Shown piece by piece: positions 25,198 to 32,000 of a stretch of 32,000 nucleotides of DNA. The stretch is from Methanopyrus kandleri AV19 (GTDB lineage Archaea; JAADCQ01; Methanopyri; Methanopyrales; Methanopyraceae), in the NCBI RefSeq assembly GCF_000007185.1, contig NC_003551.1:695456-727455 (forward strand), read 5' to 3'. The notes below the pieces were generated by a model that worked only from the letters and a program-made list of their open reading frames with translations, was not told the origin of the DNA and did not search any database. Each line of letters starts with the position of its first letter. Position 1 is the stretch's first letter. The position numbers were made by a program, and so were the translations under genes.

Positions 25198-25275
25198 GGG
25201 CCGGCAGCTCAGTCTGGCTAGAGCGCGGGACTTTTAATCCCGTGGTCCCGGGTTCAAATCCCGGCCGGCCCACCA
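25198..25275 (+). tRNA. tRNA-Lys (anticodon UUU), genomically encoded CCA, C at position 8
   Basis: Hand-folded cloverleaf: acceptor GGGCCGG/CCGGCCC, D arm GCTC-AGTCTGGCTA-GAGC, anticodon arm CGGGA-CTTTTAA-TCCCG, variable TGGTC, T arm CCGGG-TTCAAAT-CCCGG, discriminator A, CCA. Confidence 0.9.
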
Positions 25276-25280
25276 AAATG

Positions 25281-25372
25281 CTCAATTGTTATGAAGATCA
25301 TAACATTCGAACGGTTCGGGGTAAACCTTGTGTGGGTCGAGTTCAATCGTTACGATTTCCATAACAATTGGG
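25281..25372. repeat. A/T-rich 92-nt element bounded by 11-13-bp inverted repeats (CAATTGTTATG ... CATAACAATTG) with an internal 8-bp hairpin
   Basis: Read directly: 25283-25293 pairs perfectly with 25360-25370. The inner hairpin TGTTATGA-AGA-TCATAACA at 25287-25305 competes for the same left arm. The element lies between tRNA-Lys and the argS 3' end. Confidence 0.4.
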
Positions 25373-25393
25373 TTGGAGGAAGGAGTTGACACA

Positions 25394-27172
25394 TTACATC
25401 CGCTCCAGCGTCGGAATTCCGAGGAGATTCATCAGGTTCTCCGCCACGATCGTGAATGCCTCTACGAGCTTCAGTCGCGCCTCCCGTACTTCATCGTCCT
25501 CAACGTGCAGCACGGGAACCTCCTCGTAGAACGTGTGGAACGTCTTCGCCAGGTCGTACGCGTACTCGGCGAGGATGTCCGGGCGCCGCTTGCGCACGCA
25601 CTGGGCTACGTGGCGTGGGAACTTCGACATCTTGAGGATCAACTCGAACGAGTGATCGTCGTTCAAGTATGCCGCATCGAAGCGGTTCACCTCCTCGTCT
25701 GCCTTCCGGAGGATCGACTTGGCCCTCGCGTAAGCGTACTGGATGAACGGTCCACCACGACGGAAGTCGAGGGCTTCGTCCCAGTCGAACTCTATCGGTT
25801 TGTTGGGACTCACTCTGGCGATAGCGAAGCGTACGGCCCCTATGGCGATCTCCTCCGCGATCTTCTCTCGCTCCTCGTCGCTCAGTTCCTCCGCTACGCC
25901 CGCTGCCTTCATCTTCTCGAGTGCGCGCTTCTTGGCTTCCTCCAGGAACTCGTCGAGCGTCACGTATCTACCCTTCCTAGTAGACATCGATCCTTCCGGC
26001 AGATGGATGAACTCGTAGAACACCACGTCGATACGGTCGGGGTTCTCCTCGAGCATGTCCAGTACGGCCCGTAGCTGTTCGACCGCTAACTTGTGATCCG
26101 CTCCTAGCACGTCTACCACGAACGTGGCTCGTCCGAGCTTCCAGAGGTGATAGGCGATGTCACGGGTGGTGTACAGCGTAGTGCCGTCGCTGCGCGTGAG
26201 TACGAGCTCCTTGTCGATTCCGTAGTCTTCCAGGTCGACTACCACGGCTCCATCCTCGCGCTCCTCCGCGACTCCCATGTCCAGCAGCTTCTCCACGATC
26301 TCCAGTGCATCGCGCGCGAACTCGCTCTCGTACACGAATCGGTCATGCGCCACCCGGAGGCGCTCCAGCGTTTGGATGTGCCCTCTCAGACACTCCTCCA
26401 CTACGGTCTGGAACGCGTCGGCGATGCGCTCCGCTCGAGATTCTTCCTCCACTAGGTAACGTTCGTACGATCTCAGGAACCTCTCGACTACTTCCTCCAG
26501 CTCGGGATCTTCCTCGATCTCACGCGCGGCTTCAGTGTACAGCTTACCGAAGAACTCGTCCGGTTTTTCGCCCTCGGGTACTTCGGGCCGCCCCTCCTTT
26601 ATGTACTTCCACGCGAGCATCGCGATCTGCTTACCCATATCGTTCACGTAATACTGCACTTCCACCCCGTAGTTCGTGAAGACCATGCACCTCGCGAGAA
26701 TGTCCCCGATGACAGCGTTTCTACCGTGGCCGATGTGTAAAGGACCGTTGGGGTTCGCGCTAGTGTGCTCCAAGATTACGGGGCGACCCATACCGAGGTC
26801 GAGCGAGCCGTACTCTTCGCCGTAGTAGAATATCGACCTGAGCGTCAGCGCCGCGTACTGGGACCTGTCGAGCTTCAAGTTGATGAAGCCCGGGCCTTCC
26901 ACCCAAGCCTTTTCCACGAACACCACGTCGTCGAGGTCAGACTCCTCGACGATCGTTTCAGCCAGCTCTCTGGGGTTCTCGTCCAGCTCTTTAGCTAGGG
27001 AGAGTGCCACCGGCGTGGCCAGATCGGCACCTTCGACGGGTGGGTTCTCGTCGATAGGAACCTCTATCAGCTCGTCTACTTCGTACACGGACGAGATCGC
27101 GTCCCGGATCGATGTTCTTATGGTGCGAATCGTAACCGAAAACGGGTCGCGAGGTGTGGTTTCCTCGGCCAA
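25394..27172 (-). CDS. argS: arginyl-tRNA synthetase
   Basis: SANPNGPLHIGHGRNAVIGD (HIGH), DHKLAVEQL, and a C-terminal DALR-type anticodon-binding domain ending LLGIPTLERM. TTG start. Confidence 0.95.
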   Translation of the reverse strand: MAEETTPRDPFSVTIRTIRTSIRDAISSVYEVDELIEVPIDENPPVEGADLATPVALSLAKELDENPRELAETIVEESDLDDVVFVEKAWVEGPGFINLKLDRSQYAALTLRSIFYYGEEYGSLDLGMGRPVILEHTSANPNGPLHIGHGRNAVIGDILARCMVFTNYGVEVQYYVNDMGKQIAMLAWKYIKEGRPEVPEGEKPDEFFGKLYTEAAREIEEDPELEEVVERFLRSYERYLVEEESRAERIADAFQTVVEECLRGHIQTLERLRVAHDRFVYESEFARDALEIVEKLLDMGVAEEREDGAVVVDLEDYGIDKELVLTRSDGTTLYTTRDIAYHLWKLGRATFVVDVLGADHKLAVEQLRAVLDMLEENPDRIDVVFYEFIHLPEGSMSTRKGRYVTLDEFLEEAKKRALEKMKAAGVAEELSDEEREKIAEEIAIGAVRFAIARVSPNKPIEFDWDEALDFRRGGPFIQYAYARAKSILRKADEEVNRFDAAYLNDDHSFELILKMSKFPRHVAQCVRKRRPDILAEYAYDLAKTFHTFYEEVPVLHVEDDEVREARLKLVEAFTIVAENLMNLLGIPTLERM

Positions 27173-27187
27173 CGTGGGCGAACCCCT

Positions 27188-28417
27188 TCACTTGGGTCGG
27201 AACCTGAGCAGGGCTCCGAGTCCCCGAAACGCGTTATAAAACTGAGCGCCCTCTTCGGTCTCGGTTGAGATGATCTCGACGTTGGATCCCATCTGCTCGG
27301 CCAGTTCCACGTAGTAATCCACTATGTCTTTGATTTCTTCCACGTTGAGCTCTGCTTCCCCGCATTCCGGGCACTCTTCCACGTATTTCTTCGCCTCGTC
27401 TTTCTCCTTCACCGTAACGATGTTCTCGTACCCGCACTCCGGACATCGTAGGATTACCTTGTATCCCTCGAGGTCCTCGGAAACTAGCAGTACCTCCACG
27501 GCACCCATCTTGAGGAGTTCGTCGACTTCCTCTCCATACGCCGCGAGTTCACCGTTCACGGCCTCCTCCATGAACTTTCGCACGAGGCGCTTCTCCCGGA
27601 CTAGCTCGGCTTCCTTCAGCGCTTCTTCGGCTTTGTTCAGGGCCTCCCGGAGCCCGGACTCGTCCGTGTTGCCGACGTCCACCACGGTGAGTACCTTTTC
27701 CTTTAGATCCTTGGGGAGGTAGTCGCCGTCCAGGAACTCCTCCTTCGTGGGACCTGGACCTCCGACGATGATTCCCTTCAGATCCTTCACGTCTTCGAAA
27801 GCCTCGCGGGCGGCTTCTCCCACCTTCTGGTAAAACTCGTGGGCGGCGTGCTCGATCAACCGGTCGAACCTACGCTGAGATTGACCTCCGGCCTTATGCT
27901 TACCCGGCACGTCGGACGTCAGCCTCTTCACGGGTTCGATTCGCTTACCTTTCACGAGACCTATCGTGGCCTCCCGGCGGTCCATTACCAGGATTCCGTA
28001 GACGTCCTTCTCTTCGAGGTATTCCTTGAGGGGTTCTAGATAGAATTTCGAATCACATCGGTAGATGAACCGGTCCACGGGCTCGGGCGGTTCGATCAGC
28101 TCCGCGACCATCTTCTCCTTGGTACCGTCCTGGACGGTGCCGACGAGAACTACGAGTCCGTTTTCCGGAGTCTCTCCGACCATTTTGAGACGCTGCATCA
28201 CGACCTCGATAGCTGATTGGACGTTCTTCCGGGTGCGCTTACTCTTGATGTTGCTGGCTTGGGAGTACTCCTCCCGCATCTGAGCGATGACGTCGCTCAG
28301 ACGATTCTCCGGCGGGATGTAAATCGTGATGAGCTCGGTGCCTTGTCCGCGCAGGTTTTCCAGTCTCTCTATCATCTTCCTGAACCTATATCTCTCGACC
28401 GTAGACGATTCGGCCAT
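27188..28417 (-). CDS. prf1: peptide chain release factor aRF1
   Basis: NIKS codon-recognition motif (QASNIKSKRT), GGQ motif (KHKAGGQSQRRF) and a C-terminal zinc-ribbon insert CPECG...CPECG. The ATG at 28417 with GGGGGTG 7 nt upstream is preferred over the GTG at 28426. Confidence 0.9.
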   Translation of the reverse strand: MAESSTVERYRFRKMIERLENLRGQGTELITIYIPPENRLSDVIAQMREEYSQASNIKSKRTRKNVQSAIEVVMQRLKMVGETPENGLVVLVGTVQDGTKEKMVAELIEPPEPVDRFIYRCDSKFYLEPLKEYLEEKDVYGILVMDRREATIGLVKGKRIEPVKRLTSDVPGKHKAGGQSQRRFDRLIEHAAHEFYQKVGEAAREAFEDVKDLKGIIVGGPGPTKEEFLDGDYLPKDLKEKVLTVVDVGNTDESGLREALNKAEEALKEAELVREKRLVRKFMEEAVNGELAAYGEEVDELLKMGAVEVLLVSEDLEGYKVILRCPECGYENIVTVKEKDEAKKYVEECPECGEAELNVEEIKDIVDYYVELAEQMGSNVEIISTETEEGAQFYNAFRGLGALLRFRPK

Positions 28418-28445
28418 CGTGAACACCCCCTAGGGGTGAGACAGC

Positions 28446-29117
28446 ATGTATTCGGTCGTGGCACTGGGTGGCTCGGTCGTAAACGTGGATAAACCCGAAC
28501 GCATCAAGGAAACCGCCGAAATCTTGCGAAATGGGCTCGATTCCGGGCTGAAGATATGCGTCGTCGTCGGTGGTGGGCCGACCGCCCGTCGGTACATAAA
28601 CGTAGCGCGAAACCTCGGGACACCGGAAACTCTACTCGACGAGATGGGTATCGCCGTTACCCGGCTGAACGCGATGCTTCTAGGGGCGGCGTTGGGTCTG
28701 CACGATCTGCACGTGCCTGAGACCCCAGTAGAAGCCGCGAGAATAGTCCGGCGGAACGGTGTGGCAGTCTGCGGTGGTACACATCCCGGCCACACAACCG
28801 ACGCCGTAGCGGCCATGATCGCGGAACTGCTCGAGGGTCCACTCGTCATAGTTACCAATGTCGACGGGGTGTACGACAAGGACCCCAGTGAACCAGGCGC
28901 GCGCAAACTCCGGGAACTGAGGCCCGAAGAGCTGGAAGAACTGGCAGTCCGCGCTGAGCTTAAGGCGGGGGGAAGCTTCGTAGTGGACCCCCTCGCCGCC
29001 AAGATGATAAGCAGGGGTCAAATCGTCACGCACGTGGTTTCGTGGGAAGACTTCCGGTCCCGTGGGTTGGAAAACGTGGTTCGAGGCCGTCATAATGGGA
29101 CGATAATCGAGGGGTGA
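28446..29117 (+). CDS. pyrH: uridylate (UMP) kinase, archaeal type
   Basis: Amino-acid-kinase fold: VVALGGSVV ... VVVGGGPTARRYI ... CGGTHPGHTTDAVAA ... TNVDGVYDKDP. Confidence 0.85.
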   Translation: MYSVVALGGSVVNVDKPERIKETAEILRNGLDSGLKICVVVGGGPTARRYINVARNLGTPETLLDEMGIAVTRLNAMLLGAALGLHDLHVPETPVEAARIVRRNGVAVCGGTHPGHTTDAVAAMIAELLEGPLVIVTNVDGVYDKDPSEPGARKLRELRPEELEELAVRAELKAGGSFVVDPLAAKMISRGQIVTHVVSWEDFRSRGLENVVRGRHNGTIIEG

Positions 29118-29123
29118 AAGGGT

Positions 29124-29315
29124 TTGACGGAGCGCGTACCTCCCCACTCCCACTGTATCGTTTGTGGGGCCGCAATCCCGGAAGGGGAGCGATTTTGCAG
29201 CGAGAAGTGCCGGATGGAATACGAACGTAGGAGGAAGAAGGCGGCGACACTCCAGTGGATGCTGGCCGGAGCTCTCATAGCCCTAGGTGTGGTCCTGATG
29301 CTCCGGGGTGTATGA
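29124..29315 (+). CDS. small Zn-ribbon plus C-terminal TM protein (DUF2116-like)
   Basis: HCIVCGAAIPEGERFCSEKC followed by a basic linker and TM WMLAGALIALGVVLML. TTG start. The 3' end overlaps the convergent methyltransferase gene by 33 nt. Confidence 0.5.
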   Translation: MTERVPPHSHCIVCGAAIPEGERFCSEKCRMEYERRRKKAATLQWMLAGALIALGVVLMLRGV

Positions 29316-30029
29316 GCGGAGTGAGGGCAATCCGGCTCCGCGAACGCCGATCAACACGTCACCGGGTGTTGGGAGCTCGAGGACGGGACAGAACACATCG
29401 CTGCCACCCGCGATCGTCCCTTCGTACTCCACCCAAGTAAAGAACGCGTATCCCGGCTCCGGAGTTTCGTACTCGAACTTTTTGGGGATGGGTTTGTCGG
29501 TCCGGATTACCTCAAGTGGTTCGATGTCTTCTGGGAGACCCGGCCGATATCTCGGCGTCCTAGGTGGTCGGCGGATAGGGTTGGCCCCAATCCGCACTTC
29601 CTGTGGCACGATCGTCGGTTCATACCTCTCGAGAACGGCGTTGATGACGGGTACGAACTTCTCTTCTAGGAGTAGTGTGTCGATCATCTCACATGCTACC
29701 ACATCGGCGTTCACATCCACATCCCGCGCGTCCCCTACTACTACCTCCCACTCCACGTCGTGCGGGACGTGTTTCCTGAGGTTCTTCTCGAGAAGTCGGG
29801 CTCGTTTGGGATTCTTTTCTACGGCGATCACGCGCTCGGCGCCGGCGTGGGCTGCAACCACCGATAAAGGTCCTGTGCCGGCTCCAAGGTCCGCGAAAGT
29901 GTCCTCTGCGACTTCCGCTACCATCGAGGTGAAGACGAAAACGCGCCTTACGTCACGGAGCAGGTCGAGCTGGTAGGAGTCTACCAACAGCTTGAACTCA
30001 CCTACTGGAGTTCTTATGGTTTTAATCAT
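29283..30029 (-). CDS. class I SAM-dependent methyltransferase with PRMT-like motifs
   Basis: Motif I FADLGAGTGPLS, post-I VIAVEKNP, motif II plus acidic loop DVVACEMIDTLLLEEKFV (compare the PRMT double-E loop SEWMGYxLLxE). ATGA overlap with the upstream NYN gene. Confidence 0.7.
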   Translation of the reverse strand: MIKTIRTPVGEFKLLVDSYQLDLLRDVRRVFVFTSMVAEVAEDTFADLGAGTGPLSVVAAHAGAERVIAVEKNPKRARLLEKNLRKHVPHDVEWEVVVGDARDVDVNADVVACEMIDTLLLEEKFVPVINAVLERYEPTIVPQEVRIGANPIRRPPRTPRYRPGLPEDIEPLEVIRTDKPIPKKFEYETPEPGYAFFTWVEYEGTIAGGSDVFCPVLELPTPGDVLIGVRGAGLPSLRSYTPEHQDHT

Positions 30030-30565
30030 TCGTCACTCACCACATCCTTAGCTTCTTCGGGTTTCTCTTCTTTCCCCTCTGATTCCCGCTCCTTGCGCGG
30101 TTTAAGCTTGATTACATAGTCTGCCGCATTTTGTAGTGCTGTACTAAATCCTGGATCTGCTCCTATTACAATGGTGACCTTACCCTGCTCCTTCGCCTTA
30201 GCTATAATTGGAAGAAAGTCAGTGTCACGCGTCATTAGTGCGATTGCGTCGACGTTATCACTGTAAATAAGTTCCATTGCCTCAACCGCTAAGTACACAT
30301 CAACGTCTCCCGGAATCACTCTAGGAACAAAACCCTGATTGGCTACAGCTTCAATAAGTTTGTCCGAAGCGTATTGGTTCAGGAACGCTAATCCTACTCT
30401 AATATTACCCAATTCTTCAACTAATTCTCTAACCTCCTTCAAACTGACATCGAACTCTTTACGGAGCATATTCGGTCCGTCAATCAACATTGCAATGTCA
30501 AGATTGCCCCGCTTAGCTTTTCTCTTGATTACACCACTCATATAATCTTTGACCGTATCGAGCAA
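30026..30565 (-). CDS. NYN/LabA-like (DUF88) PIN-fold ribonuclease domain protein with Lys/Glu-rich tail
   Basis: IAMLIDGPNM ... DVDVYLAVEAMEL ... ALMTRDTDFLPII ... VIGA is the NYN acidic-residue pattern. TTG start with GGAGGTG 8 nt upstream. Markedly low G+C. Confidence 0.8.
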   Translation of the reverse strand: MLDTVKDYMSGVIKRKAKRGNLDIAMLIDGPNMLRKEFDVSLKEVRELVEELGNIRVGLAFLNQYASDKLIEAVANQGFVPRVIPGDVDVYLAVEAMELIYSDNVDAIALMTRDTDFLPIIAKAKEQGKVTIVIGADPGFSTALQNAADYVIKLKPRKERESEGKEEKPEEAKDVVSDE

Positions 30566-30586
30566 CTCATCACCACCTCCAGTCGG

Positions 30587-31345
30587 TTAACGTGCTGGGC
30601 GCTCGGGTTCATAGACTCTCAACTTACACTCTCCACCGGGAGAGAAGTGGTAAGGGAACTCTTCCACGACGGCCGCGTCTACGACCCCCTGTCGCGTCAA
30701 CACGGCTGTAAGGTGAGGGCACGACTGAGAGTAGAGCACTACAGGGCCCTTATGAGAAGCTAGGAACCTGCGCACCGAACCGTTGGATAGTACCATTCCC
30801 GTAGAGAGCAATACGGATTCACCGAACTTTATATTCCTCTCGACCCGGAGACGTGGATCCTCGTCTACGATCTGAAGGAGTATTCCGCGATCCCGTAGTT
30901 CTCGCGCTATGTGGGCGGAGTATCCCACCAGTATCACCTCATCGCCGAGCTTTTCGGCGGTGTCGGCGACGATCTTCGCTCGGAGGGTAACGGCTCTGCC
31001 GTAGTCCCTGGGCAAGCTGATCTCCTCCTCAGGCTCCACGTTCTCCGCGCTCGCCACCGCATCGAGGGCTGCGCTCCGGGCCTGAGGCTCCTGAAACCTG
31101 CGCCACACTTCCTTCAGCTTCAGTCCCAGTATCTCCCGGAGTCGGAGGCATTTCTCGGGGTGGAGTGACGCTCCTTCCAGCCCTCTTTCCGTTTTGATTA
31201 GCGTAACGATATCGTCGTGGACGCGGTCTCCGCCGGGTGGCCTCCTGTATCCCTCCAGGGCGAGTGCCGCCGCTACTCGGTCGTTCTTACCCTCCGCTAT
31301 CAGCTCCCTTACTACCCTCGAATAGAGCTTCCAGCGCCTCTTCAT
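30587..31345 (-). CDS. conserved hypothetical protein, DUF364-like Rossmann C-domain (tentative)
   Basis: EVILVGYSAHIARELRDRGILLQIVDEDP ... SVLLSTGMVLSNGSV ... VVLYSQSCP resembles the DUF364 'putative chelation' domain layout. Start taken at MKRRWKLY. The track ORF extends to 31441. Confidence 0.4.
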   Translation of the reverse strand: MKRRWKLYSRVVRELIAEGKNDRVAAALALEGYRRPPGGDRVHDDIVTLIKTERGLEGASLHPEKCLRLREILGLKLKEVWRRFQEPQARSAALDAVASAENVEPEEEISLPRDYGRAVTLRAKIVADTAEKLGDEVILVGYSAHIARELRDRGILLQIVDEDPRLRVERNIKFGESVLLSTGMVLSNGSVRRFLASHKGPVVLYSQSCPHLTAVLTRQGVVDAAVVEEFPYHFSPGGECKLRVYEPERPAR

Positions 31346-31620
31346 CGCACTCCCCCGATCCGGACCTGCTTCCGACCTGTACCTCGACGCGACCGTAGTC
31401 CCGGAGGGCTCTCTTGACTGGACCCTCCGGATCCCCTTCACCTCGGACGTCCACTAGGATCACGTACTCCACGGCGCGGAAGGCCCCGACGATGTCGGAT
31501 CCTCGGGTTGCTCGCACCGACAACACGTCGAAGCCGGCGCGCCTCAGGGCTTCGGATACTTCTTTCTCGAGCCTCCGCTCAGGAACTGGTTTGTGGGAAA
31601 GGAGGTGCACGTCGACCATC
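31287..31620 (-). CDS. small protein with restriction-endonuclease-like (Hjc/YraN-like) sequence pattern (tentative)
   Basis: The ATG at 31620 lies 7 nt after the KH-gene stop. LEKEVSEALRRAGFDVLSVRATRGSDIVGAFRAVEYVILVDVRG loosely follows E...GF.V.R...G.D(I/L)...(V/I)(E/D)V(K/R). The 3' end overlaps the next gene by about 59 nt. Confidence 0.3.
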
Positions 31621-31627
31621 AGCTCGC

Positions 31628-32000
31628 TCAAGCCTGCTCGACCTCCAGTCCCATCCCCAGTAGCTCCTGTAGCACCTCCTCGACGTACCGCGCGTACCTG
31701 CCCCGCTGTCCCATGAACGGTCCGAAGTCCTTCTGGTCGATCCATACCTTCAGGTTCGGACCGGCTATGTCCACGTCCACGATACGTTCTCCTATCCACG
31801 GCACCGGGTGGATGTCCGCGATGAAGTCGACGAAGTCCAGTGTGAGGTGCGTCACGACGATCCTCATGTTCGTCTCCGCCTCTATCCTCTCGATACGCTC
31901 ACCTCCCGTTCCTACGACGCGACCTACGTGGCCTTCCTTGGTAACGATCACCGCCTGCGGAACGTTCTCGGTCTTGATCTCGAGGTCTTCCGCGATCGGC
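31628..32000 (-). CDS. KH-domain RNA-binding protein, C-terminal part (5' end outside window)
   Basis: The frame is open to the window edge (…IAEDLEIKTENVPQAVIVTKEGHVGRVVGTGGERIERIEAETNMRIVV). It has a GxxG KH loop and a second degenerate KH-like unit (FMGQRGRYARYV). Confidence 0.7.
   Translation of the reverse strand, partial: PIAEDLEIKTENVPQAVIVTKEGHVGRVVGTGGERIERIEAETNMRIVVTHLTLDFVDFIADIHPVPWIGERIVDVDIAGPNLKVWIDQKDFGPFMGQRGRYARYVEEVLQELLGMGLEVEQA

Noticed and set aside
25198-25400. Integrated element or att site at tRNA-Lys with an integrase
   Set aside because: No integrase, transposase or duplicated tRNA 3' half is present. The next gene is argS. Only short repeats are seen, and these are reported separately as a low-confidence observation.
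28418-28426. GTG start for aRF1 at 28426 (MFTMAESS...)
   Set aside because: The ATG at 28417 is preceded by GGGGGTG at SD distance and gives an N-terminus in line with other aRF1s. The GTG would sit inside that SD.
31621-31799. Upstream part of the 170-aa track ORF (Arg/Gly-rich), and likewise 31346-31441 of the 284-aa ORF
   Set aside because: These parts overlap the KH-domain gene or the small upstream ORF out of frame and are low-complexity. Internal ATG starts at 31620 and 31345 fit the gene spacing better.
1-32000. CRISPR arrays, rRNA genes, IS elements, in-frame TGA (selenocysteine) recoding
   Set aside because: I saw no regularly spaced direct repeats, no rRNA-like conserved stretches, no transposase-like ORFs, and no recognisable gene interrupted by a single in-frame TGA when reading the window.

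Overview
This is a high-G+C archaeal chromosomal window, roughly 55-65% G+C by eye. It is densely packed with genes whose products are acidic and Arg-rich, and many use GTG or TTG starts and overlap their neighbour by 4-8 nt. The content points to a Methanopyrus-like hyperthermophilic methanogen (inference): archaeal aIF5A, aRF1, diphthine synthase, pyruvoyl arginine decarboxylase, Mur-ligase/MraY homologues, and a tRNA gene with C at position 8. I support about 40 protein genes and one tRNA-Lys(UUU), in this order:

- **1-3775:** a korABG-sucCD block encoding 2-oxoglutarate synthase and succinyl-CoA synthetase.
- **3776-4805:** a pantoate-kinase-like GHMP kinase, then a 58-aa CooT-like ORF that is absent from the supplied track.
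- **4894-8596:** a minus-strand operon aIF5A-agmatinase-deoxyhypusine synthase-membrane protein-pyrF, divergent from pdaD.
- **8603-10419:** an IMPase-family::MazG-like fusion followed by NAD kinase.
- **10513-12074:** a single histone-fold protein with an RG tail, a PIN protein, and a retropepsin-like::peptide-deformylase-like fusion.
- **12071-14132:** hemC, diphthine synthase and a UPF0212-like protein.
- **14137-24948:** a nine-gene minus-strand run discussed below.
- **25198-29315:** tRNA-Lys, argS, aRF1, pyrH and a small Zn-ribbon membrane protein.
- **29283-32000:** a minus-strand block of KH protein, small nuclease-like protein, DUF364-like protein, NYN protein and PRMT-like methyltransferase.

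The most interesting region is 14137-23240. Two Mur-family ligases (one with a MurT-type zinc ribbon), an ATP-grasp ligase and an MraY/WecA-type transferase form a pseudomurein-type cell-wall module. They are followed directly by three unassigned envelope proteins:

- a bitopic FtsQ/POTRA-like protein;
- an exported, C-terminally anchored protein whose predicted mature N-terminus resembles an Ntn-hydrolase, with a zinc ribbon;
- a polytopic protein with a SEDS (FtsW/RodA)-like C-terminal motif.

Together these look like an archaeal counterpart of the bacterial dcw cluster. They supply candidates for the unknown polymerisation and cross-linking steps. All family calls rest on motif recognition by eye, and no database search was run.
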